Source of the DNA: an uncultured virus (IMG/VR IMGVR_UViG_3300008262_000226)
Lineage: Duplodnaviria; Heunggongvirae; Uroviricota; Caudoviricetes
Reading direction: 5' to 3' (one strand)
Length of the DNA stretch: 64,000 bases
IMG/VR virus record: IMGVR_UViG_3300008262_000226
Location: 62,001 to 126,000 of that record
Shown here: piece after piece, positions 56,176 through 64,000 of the stretch
How positions within the stretch are numbered: position 1 is the stretch's first letter
How the letters are laid out: each line of letters starts with the position of its first letter
Notes under the pieces: generated by a model
What the model was told of the DNA's origin: nothing
Database searches by the model: none
The model's input: only the letters and a program-made list of their open reading frames with translations
Translations under genes and position numbers: made by a program

Positions 56176-59100
56176 ATGCCATATCAATATTCTACAACAC
56201 CGCTATACGTTGCTGAGGGTGATATTCTTCAGTTTAGATATCAAGCACCTCCTTTTTGGGATTATACCGAAACAATTACTATTCAGATTGGTGGATTAAC
56301 AACATACTGGTATGTTACTACAGTTCCAGAAGATTTTAGACCAGATCCTTTTCCTTTAAATGAAGTTAATGATGCTTTGTTGGATACATATTATTATTTT
56401 GATCCAGTAGTATTCCAAGCAACAACTGGCAATTCAAATACTGTAACTGGATTAACTCCAACAACACAAGCTTCTGTTAGTTTGACTTCTAATTTTATCG
56501 GAACCGTTACTGATTATTCTTTGAGAATAAATGATGGAGCATGGTTTATTCCAGGATCTTCGACAACTGTTCAAAATGGAGATAAAATTGCTTTACGATT
56601 AAAATCTGGTGCTGGGAACCAAGAACTTAGAGAATTAGTTCTTGGTATTGGAACTGGGTATGAAACGTGGAGAGTAACTACTATAGCTATACCAAGAAAT
56701 GAACCTATTCCATTTCCAAATTTTACAGATCTTACTGCTCAGTCATTAAACAAAGTAATTTATAGTAATGTTCTTCGTATTCAGGGATTGTTGAGACCAG
56801 CTGCTGTTCAAGTAGATAACGGCGCTTCATTTGCAATATCTAGCACAAATACAACAACTACAAATGCAGATGGATTTGATGTATTAGATGGAGTAACGTT
56901 TGGAACTACAGGAACAATTTCAAACGGTCAATATTTGCAACTTAGAATGACCAGCCCAAGCACAGAGTTTACTTCTAAAACTACTGTTTTGGGGATTGGT
57001 GATATCACTAGTGGTTCTGATTGGGTTATCACAACAGGTCAAAGCTTATCAACTACTCCAACTAGTTTTACATTTCCTGATATTAGTGGAGCAATTGAAA
57101 ATTTCCTTCAACCATCTGCTGCTAGACCTGTTGGGGGAATAACTGGATTGGGAACTGGAATTAGTGTTCCTGTGGAATTAGTTTCAACTACTGCTTCTGA
57201 GGTTAAAGTTAAAATTAATAATTCTTCGATTGGTGTATTTCCTGCTACCGTTTCAAACGGAGACACAATAACTTTATATGCTAGATCTTCTTCTACTTTT
57301 GGGGCAAGTGTTGAGGTTAATGTGAAAGTTGGTGGAACTACGATTCCTACATGGAGAGTTCAAACAAATACAGGACCAGACACAACAGCAGATTTTACTC
57401 CACCAACAAATAAAACAAACCAAGTTCCAGGAACTTATGTATCTAGTTCGGTAGTTAGCATTACTGGAATTAATAGGTCAATAACAATTAGTGCTACAAA
57501 TAATGCATTAATTTCAATCGATTATGATACTGCAGTTGCTGGACCCAGAACATTTGATCCTACTGTAAATACTTCATTTTATTTGGTGTTACAATCTTCT
57601 TCTTCATTAAATACTACTGTTTCTACGAGTGTGACAGTAGGAACAGGAACTACAAATAATCCATTTACGTGGTCAGTTGGAACTTATGCAGTTGCACCTC
57701 CAGCACCTAGTTACGTTGGATCTTGGTATAGCAAAAAGAATGAGAAAGTAATTAGAAATGGATCAGGAACAATCACTTCTATCCAGAAAACAAAATATGA
57801 TGGATATTCAGTGGGAACTATTTTACCAATCTTGAAAGAAAGCACAGCTGCTGGTTATGGAACTTTAACCGCTGGAAGTCTTACTGCTAGATTCCCAGGA
57901 TATTTACTTTGTGATGGATCTTCGTATAATGTAGCAGATTATCCAGTATTGTGGGAAGTAATTGGTAATACATATGGTGGAACTGGATCATATAATACTA
58001 CAACAAAAGCATATAGTGGAACATTCAATGTTCCTGATTATAGAAATGTTAGAATGTGTGGAACTGGATTGATAGATGGTAACAAAGGATCTTCGGCATT
58101 CTTGCCAGTTGATGGTGGTAGTGTCTTTAGTGTTGGATCAACGGGGGGATTTTGGTTTGTTGATAGTGTTGGTGTTGCTGGTCCTCTTCCATACGAACAA
58201 GTCGAAGCATCTTCAAACACTGCTACTACAGGAACTACCAGCCCATTCTTTACTTTGGGAACAGTAAAAACTACTGGTGCTAACTTAGTTACAGCAGAAG
58301 TAAGTTTTACTACAATAGGAACTATTACTGCTCAGGTCGGACCAGTTTCTAGTGTCACTACTTCTGCTCCTTCGCATAGTCATACATATCTCAGTGCTGT
58401 GGTTGATGGTGATAGAGGAGATCCACTAATTCCTTGGGGAGCTAGAGCATTATTTGGAACTACTGCTGGTCCCATTGATACTGGAAATGATTACGCGGGA
58501 GAATTTCCAGATGAATCTGAAGCAACCAATGCTCCTGGTGTTTGGCGACAGTTCCTCACTGGAAGATTTCCAAATTTGGCAGCTGAATTGACTGCTGCTG
58601 GAACTTCTATTGGTGAATTGACAGGTCAGTTGACACGAGAAGGTGACACAAGAATTCAATACGAAAATCTATGGCCCAGTAATCTCACTGGATTAGATAC
58701 AAGCAAATTAATTACTCTGAATACTACTGGAAATCGTGAAGTTGCTGGTGTTATTGATACAAATGCGACGACTTTTAGAATAGATGATTTTGTTTCTACA
58801 TCTGGTTCGACGGAAACACACTCTCATTATATTACAACATCCATAGTTACCAATCCATTAACTGATTATTCTTATGGAAATTCTTCTGGTTCTGGAACCA
58901 AGAATGGTTTGGGTGATGCTGCAAATACTTTAAGTATTTCTTTCAATGCATCTGAAACAGGAATAGGCGTTAATGAAGGAACTTTTACAATGAATTCTAC
59001 CATAAAAAATCCAGTTCCAGAAGTTGCTTTATCTCCAAATAGAACAGTTCCTATTTTAGCACCATTCCACAAAGTTAGATATATAATTAAAGCATACTGA
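56176..59100 (+). CDS. Tail fibre protein with a collar domain
   Basis: FPGYLLCDGS...YP.LW.VIG.TYGG...F.VPDYR; ends YIIKAY; late promoter at about 56138. Confidence 0.85.
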   Translation: MPYQYSTTPLYVAEGDILQFRYQAPPFWDYTETITIQIGGLTTYWYVTTVPEDFRPDPFPLNEVNDALLDTYYYFDPVVFQATTGNSNTVTGLTPTTQASVSLTSNFIGTVTDYSLRINDGAWFIPGSSTTVQNGDKIALRLKSGAGNQELRELVLGIGTGYETWRVTTIAIPRNEPIPFPNFTDLTAQSLNKVIYSNVLRIQGLLRPAAVQVDNGASFAISSTNTTTTNADGFDVLDGVTFGTTGTISNGQYLQLRMTSPSTEFTSKTTVLGIGDITSGSDWVITTGQSLSTTPTSFTFPDISGAIENFLQPSAARPVGGITGLGTGISVPVELVSTTASEVKVKINNSSIGVFPATVSNGDTITLYARSSSTFGASVEVNVKVGGTTIPTWRVQTNTGPDTTADFTPPTNKTNQVPGTYVSSSVVSITGINRSITISATNNALISIDYDTAVAGPRTFDPTVNTSFYLVLQSSSSLNTTVSTSVTVGTGTTNNPFTWSVGTYAVAPPAPSYVGSWYSKKNEKVIRNGSGTITSIQKTKYDGYSVGTILPILKESTAAGYGTLTAGSLTARFPGYLLCDGSSYNVADYPVLWEVIGNTYGGTGSYNTTTKAYSGTFNVPDYRNVRMCGTGLIDGNKGSSAFLPVDGGSVFSVGSTGGFWFVDSVGVAGPLPYEQVEASSNTATTGTTSPFFTLGTVKTTGANLVTAEVSFTTIGTITAQVGPVSSVTTSAPSHSHTYLSAVVDGDRGDPLIPWGARALFGTTAGPIDTGNDYAGEFPDESEATNAPGVWRQFLTGRFPNLAAELTAAGTSIGELTGQLTREGDTRIQYENLWPSNLTGLDTSKLITLNTTGNREVAGVIDTNATTFRIDDFVSTSGSTETHSHYITTSIVTNPLTDYSYGNSSGSGTKNGLGDAANTLSISFNASETGIGVNEGTFTMNSTIKNPVPEVALSPNRTVPILAPFHKVRYIIKAY

Positions 59101-59107
59101 TTAATTT

Positions 59108-59767
59108 ATGACAATACAACCATATAGACCACTTGAGTTGATGCGAAATGATGCATTTACTAAATCTTCCTTTGATGATTTCATTGGAGTGTGGGAAGAT
59201 TTTGTTCCGACATCATTTTGTGAAGAACTTATTCAGTATTTCGAAGATACGAGATCTTTGAATAGTAGTATTGCTCCAGGTGATTTGGAATCTGACTATC
59301 AAGAATTTGTTAGAGGTGAAGATCAGTATCAAGGAGCATTACATAGGAAAGATGTTTCTATGTTATTGAACTACCATCAACAAGAATTGTCTTATAAAGT
59401 GCATCAATTTTTAACATCTTGTGTATTGCATTACATTGTTGAGTATGATCAACTTAGGAAAGTTCCTATGTTTTCCACTGATATAAAATTTCAAAAAACT
59501 TCCCCTGGCGGCGGGTATCATTTATGGCACTATGAAAATTCTGCAGCATCACATGCTCAGAGAGAATTAACATGGATGATTTATTTAAATGATATTCCAG
59601 ATGGAGAAGGAGAGACAGAATTTTTATATCAAAGAAGAAGAATTAAACCAAAGCAAGGAACTGTTGTTATATGGCCTGCTGGTATGACTCATGTTCATAA
59701 AGGAAATACAGTTCTAACAACAGATAAATACATATTAACAGGATGGTATATTAAATCAGGAAAATAA
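59108..59767 (+). CDS. 2OG-Fe(II) oxygenase (prolyl-hydroxylase-like)
   Basis: GGYH.WHYE, WMIYLND...GETEF, WPAG.TH.H.G. Confidence 0.92.
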   Translation: MTIQPYRPLELMRNDAFTKSSFDDFIGVWEDFVPTSFCEELIQYFEDTRSLNSSIAPGDLESDYQEFVRGEDQYQGALHRKDVSMLLNYHQQELSYKVHQFLTSCVLHYIVEYDQLRKVPMFSTDIKFQKTSPGGGYHLWHYENSAASHAQRELTWMIYLNDIPDGEGETEFLYQRRRIKPKQGTVVIWPAGMTHVHKGNTVLTTDKYILTGWYIKSGK

Positions 59768-59770
59768 ATC

Positions 59771-60670
59771 ATGCCATATCAACCAATTTTTAGAACAGCT
59801 ATAGTTGAGGCTGATTTCTTAAATAAAATTCTGATTACAACACCAACATTTGTTGAGGCGGGAGAAAAGATTCCTCTCAATAGAGTAAATATATCAGAAG
59901 AAATTTGTGAAAGATTTTTAAATGAACAAGTAGATTCATATTGGCACTCTGAAAAAGATAAATTAGAATATTTTGTTGCATATAATGATGGAACTTACTA
60001 TTGTCAAAGAAAAAGAGTAAGGTATGATTTCGAAACAAAAACAAATTATTGGTCAACATATAATTTTAATGGAGCCTCTAAAGATCAAATAGAAGCATTA
60101 ACAAATAAAATTCTTGATCTTACCGCTGCTCTTAGGGAATATAAAATTGCTGAGTATGAGGGTGTTCTTGAAAAGATTGATCAAGAGTTTATTTTCTTTG
60201 ATCAAAGATGGTTGAAGAAATTCAGAGAAAAACAAATGATGTTATCTGCTTCTGATTGGAGAGTTCTTCCTGATGTTGAGGATTCATATCCAGGCGAAAA
60301 GGATATGTGGATAAAGTGGCGTTCTACGATGAGATCGGAGACTGTAAAGAAACCTCAGGAATTTGAAACGAATTTAGAATTTTTAAAATATTTGTATGAC
60401 CATAAGTGGCCAATAGATCCAAAAAGATATAAAGAAAAATATCCAGATTCTGATGTTGAATACCTTTCTACTGAAGATCAATGGGTTAGTTATGATAGTG
60501 AAGCATCTACTGATTTTGTTGATTCTAGACTTGTCAATATTCTCAGTTCCAGTGGTGTTTATAGAGAAAAAATTGTTGATATTAAACGATCTGTATTCGA
60601 ACTTATTAAAGATCTTAGACTGGAAGACTTCACAGAAATTAATTACGATCAATATAATATTATAGAATGA
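59771..60670 (+). CDS. Hypothetical protein with a tail-fibre-assembly-chaperone-like motif
   Basis: ML..SDW..LPD....W..WR..MR. Confidence 0.65.
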   Translation: MPYQPIFRTAIVEADFLNKILITTPTFVEAGEKIPLNRVNISEEICERFLNEQVDSYWHSEKDKLEYFVAYNDGTYYCQRKRVRYDFETKTNYWSTYNFNGASKDQIEALTNKILDLTAALREYKIAEYEGVLEKIDQEFIFFDQRWLKKFREKQMMLSASDWRVLPDVEDSYPGEKDMWIKWRSTMRSETVKKPQEFETNLEFLKYLYDHKWPIDPKRYKEKYPDSDVEYLSTEDQWVSYDSEASTDFVDSRLVNILSSSGVYREKIVDIKRSVFELIKDLRLEDFTEINYDQYNIIE

Positions 60671-61146
60671 TACATGAAATTGATTTACTAAATGATGATC
60701 AACTTCAATATATTAATGATTATTTTAACTATCTGACATTTAAAGATGGAAAAATTAGCAATCCTGGTATTTTGAAAGTATGTGAAACTGTTTTTGATGG
60801 TCCAGGTATTGCAGAACTTAATGATTATTGTCAGCAAATTATTTTAAATACAAATTTACCATTTTTGGTATCTAGAATATCACAAATTTATTTTGTAAAA
60901 TATAGCGTTGGTGGTCAATATAAAGATCACTATGATTCTAATCCTTGTGGTGGAGTTAGACCAGATTACAGTATGACTTGTTTTTTGAGTGATGATTATG
61001 ATGGTGGTGAATTAGTTATAGAAAATGAAAAATCTGTAAAATTGAAAAGGGGCAAAGCAGTAGTATATCCAGGCAATTTACTTCATAGAGTAAATAAAGT
61101 AATGTCTGGAAGACGAGATGTTTTTATATGTTGGATTGAAATATGA
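60667..61146 (+). CDS. 2OG-Fe(II) oxygenase (PKHD-type)
   Basis: Y..GG.Y..H.D, YDGGEL, H.V..V..G.R. Confidence 0.9.
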   Translation: MIHEIDLLNDDQLQYINDYFNYLTFKDGKISNPGILKVCETVFDGPGIAELNDYCQQIILNTNLPFLVSRISQIYFVKYSVGGQYKDHYDSNPCGGVRPDYSMTCFLSDDYDGGELVIENEKSVKLKRGKAVVYPGNLLHRVNKVMSGRRDVFICWIEI

Positions 61147-61661
61147 CTGAAATACTGTGTTATGATAATTTTTTTGAACAAAATGAATTCAAAAAAATAC
61201 TTGAATATGTGGGCAGACCTTGTTGGGGATTTGGTCATGGAACATTTGATGAATCACATCCTCAATATAAGAATAGCATTCCTTTTTGGGGTATGAATTT
61301 AGATGGAGAAGAGTATTTTACTAATTTTCTTCTAAATAAGATACAGGATAAAACTCAAACGAGATTTAAACTGCTGACAGTGTATGCTAATGGGCATACT
61401 TTTGGAACAAAAGGATCGTTTCACCAAGATTGGTATGACTATAGTGGGAGAACATTTCTTTTATATGCAAATACTGATTGGAATGTAGAATGGGGTGGAA
61501 ACACGGTTTTTGATTTGGGAAACGAAGAATATCAATTCTCTGTTCCTAAACCAAATACTGCTCTTTTATTCCCTGGTGTTATACCACATTATGCAGATGC
61601 CACTACCAGATTGTATACTGGTTTAAGAATAACAATAGCTTGGAAGTTACTTTTGGAGTAA
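61143..61661 (+). CDS. 2OG-Fe(II) oxygenase
   Basis: YANGHT.G..G.FHQD, W...WGG.T, PH.A, R.TIAWK. Confidence 0.88.
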   Translation: MTEILCYDNFFEQNEFKKILEYVGRPCWGFGHGTFDESHPQYKNSIPFWGMNLDGEEYFTNFLLNKIQDKTQTRFKLLTVYANGHTFGTKGSFHQDWYDYSGRTFLLYANTDWNVEWGGNTVFDLGNEEYQFSVPKPNTALLFPGVIPHYADATTRLYTGLRITIAWKLLLE

Positions 61662-61662
61662 A

Positions 61663-62004
61663 ATGAAACAGGATTACGAAGTATTATACTTTCAAAATTT
61701 CATAGAAGAATCTGTAAAATCTTTAGGTAAACCTGCAATTTACCTCAGATCTTATGGGTGGAACAACAGCACAGACATTCAGAAAATCAATGATTCAATG
61801 GATGTTTATAGATCCATGCTTCCAGTTGACATGTTTAATGCACTTCATGATTCTGAATTTGTTTTTCTTTTACTAGAAGATATGGAGGAAGCAATTCAAT
61901 TTTGTGAAGATACATTTCCAAAAGATCAAGCAAGTTGTGAGAAAGAATTTTATATTCATTGCTCGATAATCAACGAGCAGGGTCAAACGATATATTCAAA
62001 TTAA
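61663..62004 (+). CDS. Hypothetical protein
   Basis: 113-aa ORF in the operon. Confidence 0.75.
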   Translation: MKQDYEVLYFQNFIEESVKSLGKPAIYLRSYGWNNSTDIQKINDSMDVYRSMLPVDMFNALHDSEFVFLLLEDMEEAIQFCEDTFPKDQASCEKEFYIHCSIINEQGQTIYSN

Positions 62005-62005
62005 T

Positions 62006-62884
62006 ATGTTTTCAGCAGAATTCACTACTTTTCACAAGTATAATTTGAGAACAAAAGAGAAAGTATCTACGGTTTCTATTATGCCGTATGATTACACTTC
62101 TTTGTATGACCCTCAGTATCTACCAGAATTGTCTGAAAAATCTTTTGATGTATTGAAGTCTTATTGTGCATATAGATTTCTTCATACAGCCTATCCTTTG
62201 TATGATGATGCAAAATTAGTTAAAATTGAACACTGTGATGATAATATATTAAAATATGAAATAGTAAATTCTTTTCCTTACCATTTAATTTATACTGATA
62301 CTAGAAATTGGAATCATTTTGTTTCTAGTATTCAGTGTGAAGAAATGAGATCATGTAAAAAATACATTGACAGAATGACTGACATAACTGATATTGGTGT
62401 CACTTATTTAACATCGGTAGAATATGATGAAAATTGTAATTTTTCTTATGTGAATATATTTGATTCTGATTACAATTTAGTCGGATACGATGATAATATA
62501 TCACTTCATTCGATGAATAATTATTGCAAATCTTTTGGTGGAACTAACTTGAAACCAGTGGGAGTGATTGGTTTTTCTCCATCTGGTAATATAAAATTTA
62601 ATCTTAAACTTAATTACTATGATGGTGTCTATAGGTATGAAAAACTGTCACCCCTTCCTTCTAAAATAGAAAATACTAGTAAGTCTTCGCAAAGAGAACA
62701 ACAAATCAGTCAAATGGTTGCACATGGATTATTGGAACCAGAAGATCTTGATTTTATAGATTCTATTTCTACGGATGAAACACGCTGCGATTTCGAATAT
62801 TTCCTGAACGAAGATGGTTCTATAAAAGAAATTTATGTATACAACTGCGTTGTATATGAATTTAAAAACCTTTTGGGGGCTTGA
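62006..62884 (+). CDS. Hypothetical protein
   Basis: 292-aa ORF in the operon. Confidence 0.75.
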   Translation: MFSAEFTTFHKYNLRTKEKVSTVSIMPYDYTSLYDPQYLPELSEKSFDVLKSYCAYRFLHTAYPLYDDAKLVKIEHCDDNILKYEIVNSFPYHLIYTDTRNWNHFVSSIQCEEMRSCKKYIDRMTDITDIGVTYLTSVEYDENCNFSYVNIFDSDYNLVGYDDNISLHSMNNYCKSFGGTNLKPVGVIGFSPSGNIKFNLKLNYYDGVYRYEKLSPLPSKIENTSKSSQREQQISQMVAHGLLEPEDLDFIDSISTDETRCDFEYFLNEDGSIKEIYVYNCVVYEFKNLLGA

Positions 62885-62934
62885 CAAGCGGTTGACATCC
62901 GTGCTACAGTAGCAGAGCACTGAACAAGACACCC

Positions 62935-63168
62935 ATGAAAGGCATCATCGATTACGGTGACGACGGCGTAGTTCCGATGATTGATTCGGATGACGTTGAG
63001 AATGTCGTAGAAACCATTCTTGAGTATGTAGAGAATCGCTTTGAACTTCTTCACAAAGAAGGAGGTCGTGATCGTGACATCTTTGCTCTCGTTGAAGAGT
63101 TCCAAGAGTGGGGAGCTGCTGAGCAAGGCGACGAAATTTCTTACTTTACTTGCCCTACTTTTGGTTGA
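62935..63168 (+). CDS. Acidic hypothetical protein
   Basis: 77 aa, after a TTGACA-type promoter near 62881. Confidence 0.7.
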   Translation: MKGIIDYGDDGVVPMIDSDDVENVVETILEYVENRFELLHKEGGRDRDIFALVEEFQEWGAAEQGDEISYFTCPTFG

Positions 63169-63173
63169 TTATC

Positions 63174-63659
63174 ATGCTTTGGAACATTGACGCTCAAAAA
63201 GTTGCTGACGGTTACGGTATTAGTCTGGATGATTTTATTGACACCGTAAACGGTAGCGGCACATCACCAATTACAGAAGTAGCAGTTGCTAACATTCTTG
63301 GTGGTCAACGTGTCGTTGGTAAACAACTTCCTTACGATGTGATTGCCAAGGAACGTATTAATCAATTGGTAGAAGTTCGTAATATTTGCAAGACACAATA
63401 TGTTTATTTTTCGCCCTCTACCGCTACTGGTAAAGGTCGTTTTTACGATGAAAATGACTACCAAAAGAAATTGAGTTCGATTGATTCTTATGTCTTCTGT
63501 GATCTTCGTGCTCGCTTCACTGAACCTCCTAAGTTCTATGAAATTCCAGTTGACAAAGTAGTAGAATTGACGGATAATGGAACAATCAAAGATGGTAAAG
63601 TAACGGTCAAGCAATTCTTTGATCTCTTCCCCTACGAACAATACGCTCTCAAACCCTGA
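63174..63659 (+). CDS. Putative PD-(D/E)XK-like nuclease
   Basis: E..VA......PYDV........EVR pattern; directly upstream of a methyltransferase. Confidence 0.5.
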   Translation: MLWNIDAQKVADGYGISLDDFIDTVNGSGTSPITEVAVANILGGQRVVGKQLPYDVIAKERINQLVEVRNICKTQYVYFSPSTATGKGRFYDENDYQKKLSSIDSYVFCDLRARFTEPPKFYEIPVDKVVELTDNGTIKDGKVTVKQFFDLFPYEQYALKP

Positions 63660-63660
63660 T

Positions 63661-64000
63661 ATGAAAACAAACATCATTCACGTTGGAGACAACATCACCA
63701 ATCTGAAGAATCTTCCTGATTCTTCTGTGGATTTGTGTGTCACTTCGCCACCTTATTATAACCTGCGTGACTATCAGAATGCAGGTCAAATTGGTGTGGA
63801 AAATACTGTGAGTGAGTATGTAGAGAATCTTTGCAAAGTATTTGATGAGATCTATCGTGTATTGAAACCGACTGGATCGTGTTGGGTCAATATTGCTGAT
63901 ACATACGATAAGAAGCGTTTGCTTCAGGTTCCTAGTCGTTTTGAGATTGCCATGTGTGATCGTGGATGGCAGCTCAGAAATGAAATTATTTGGAACAAAC
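63661..64000 (+). CDS. DNA N4-cytosine/N6-adenine methyltransferase (5' part, cut by the window edge)
   Basis: GD....L..LPD.SVD.CVTSPPYY.LRDY...RVLKPTGS.WVNI.D. Confidence 0.93.
   Translation, partial: MKTNIIHVGDNITNLKNLPDSSVDLCVTSPPYYNLRDYQNAGQIGVENTVSEYVENLCKVFDEIYRVLKPTGSCWVNIADTYDKKRLLQVPSRFEIAMCDRGWQLRNEIIWNK

Overview
A 64 kb segment of a T4-like cyanobacterial myovirus (cyanophage) genome, AT-rich. In order it carries: the end of a tRNA array, including an unusual tRNA-Thr(AGT); tandem glutamine-riboswitch-like aptamers before a DUF4278 peptide; small minus-strand ORFs; a photosynthesis island (hli, petF, hli, psbA) interrupted by a tail-fibre cassette; a JmjC gene, speD and a glutaredoxin; replication and nucleotide genes (rnh, thyX, denV-like, phoH, exonuclease, gp33, gp32); baseplate and tail genes (gp53, gp48, gp2, gp4, gp19/54-like, gp26, gp51, three hub/tape-measure-like paralogs, cp12, split gp5); three more tRNAs; a CpcT/CpeT-type bilin lyase; a giant (~4000 aa, frameshifted near its start) virion fibre gene; a fibre/collar cluster; three 2OG-Fe(II) oxygenases; and a nuclease-like gene beside an N4/N6 methyltransferase. 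The main observation is that the giant virion protein next to the T-type lyase contains five phycobiliprotein-like domains, nested inside one another, each keeping a Cys84-like (KCxRDIG) and a beta-Cys155-like cysteine. This suggests a virion fibre carrying bilin chromophores. All family assignments come from motif recognition by eye; no database searches were run.
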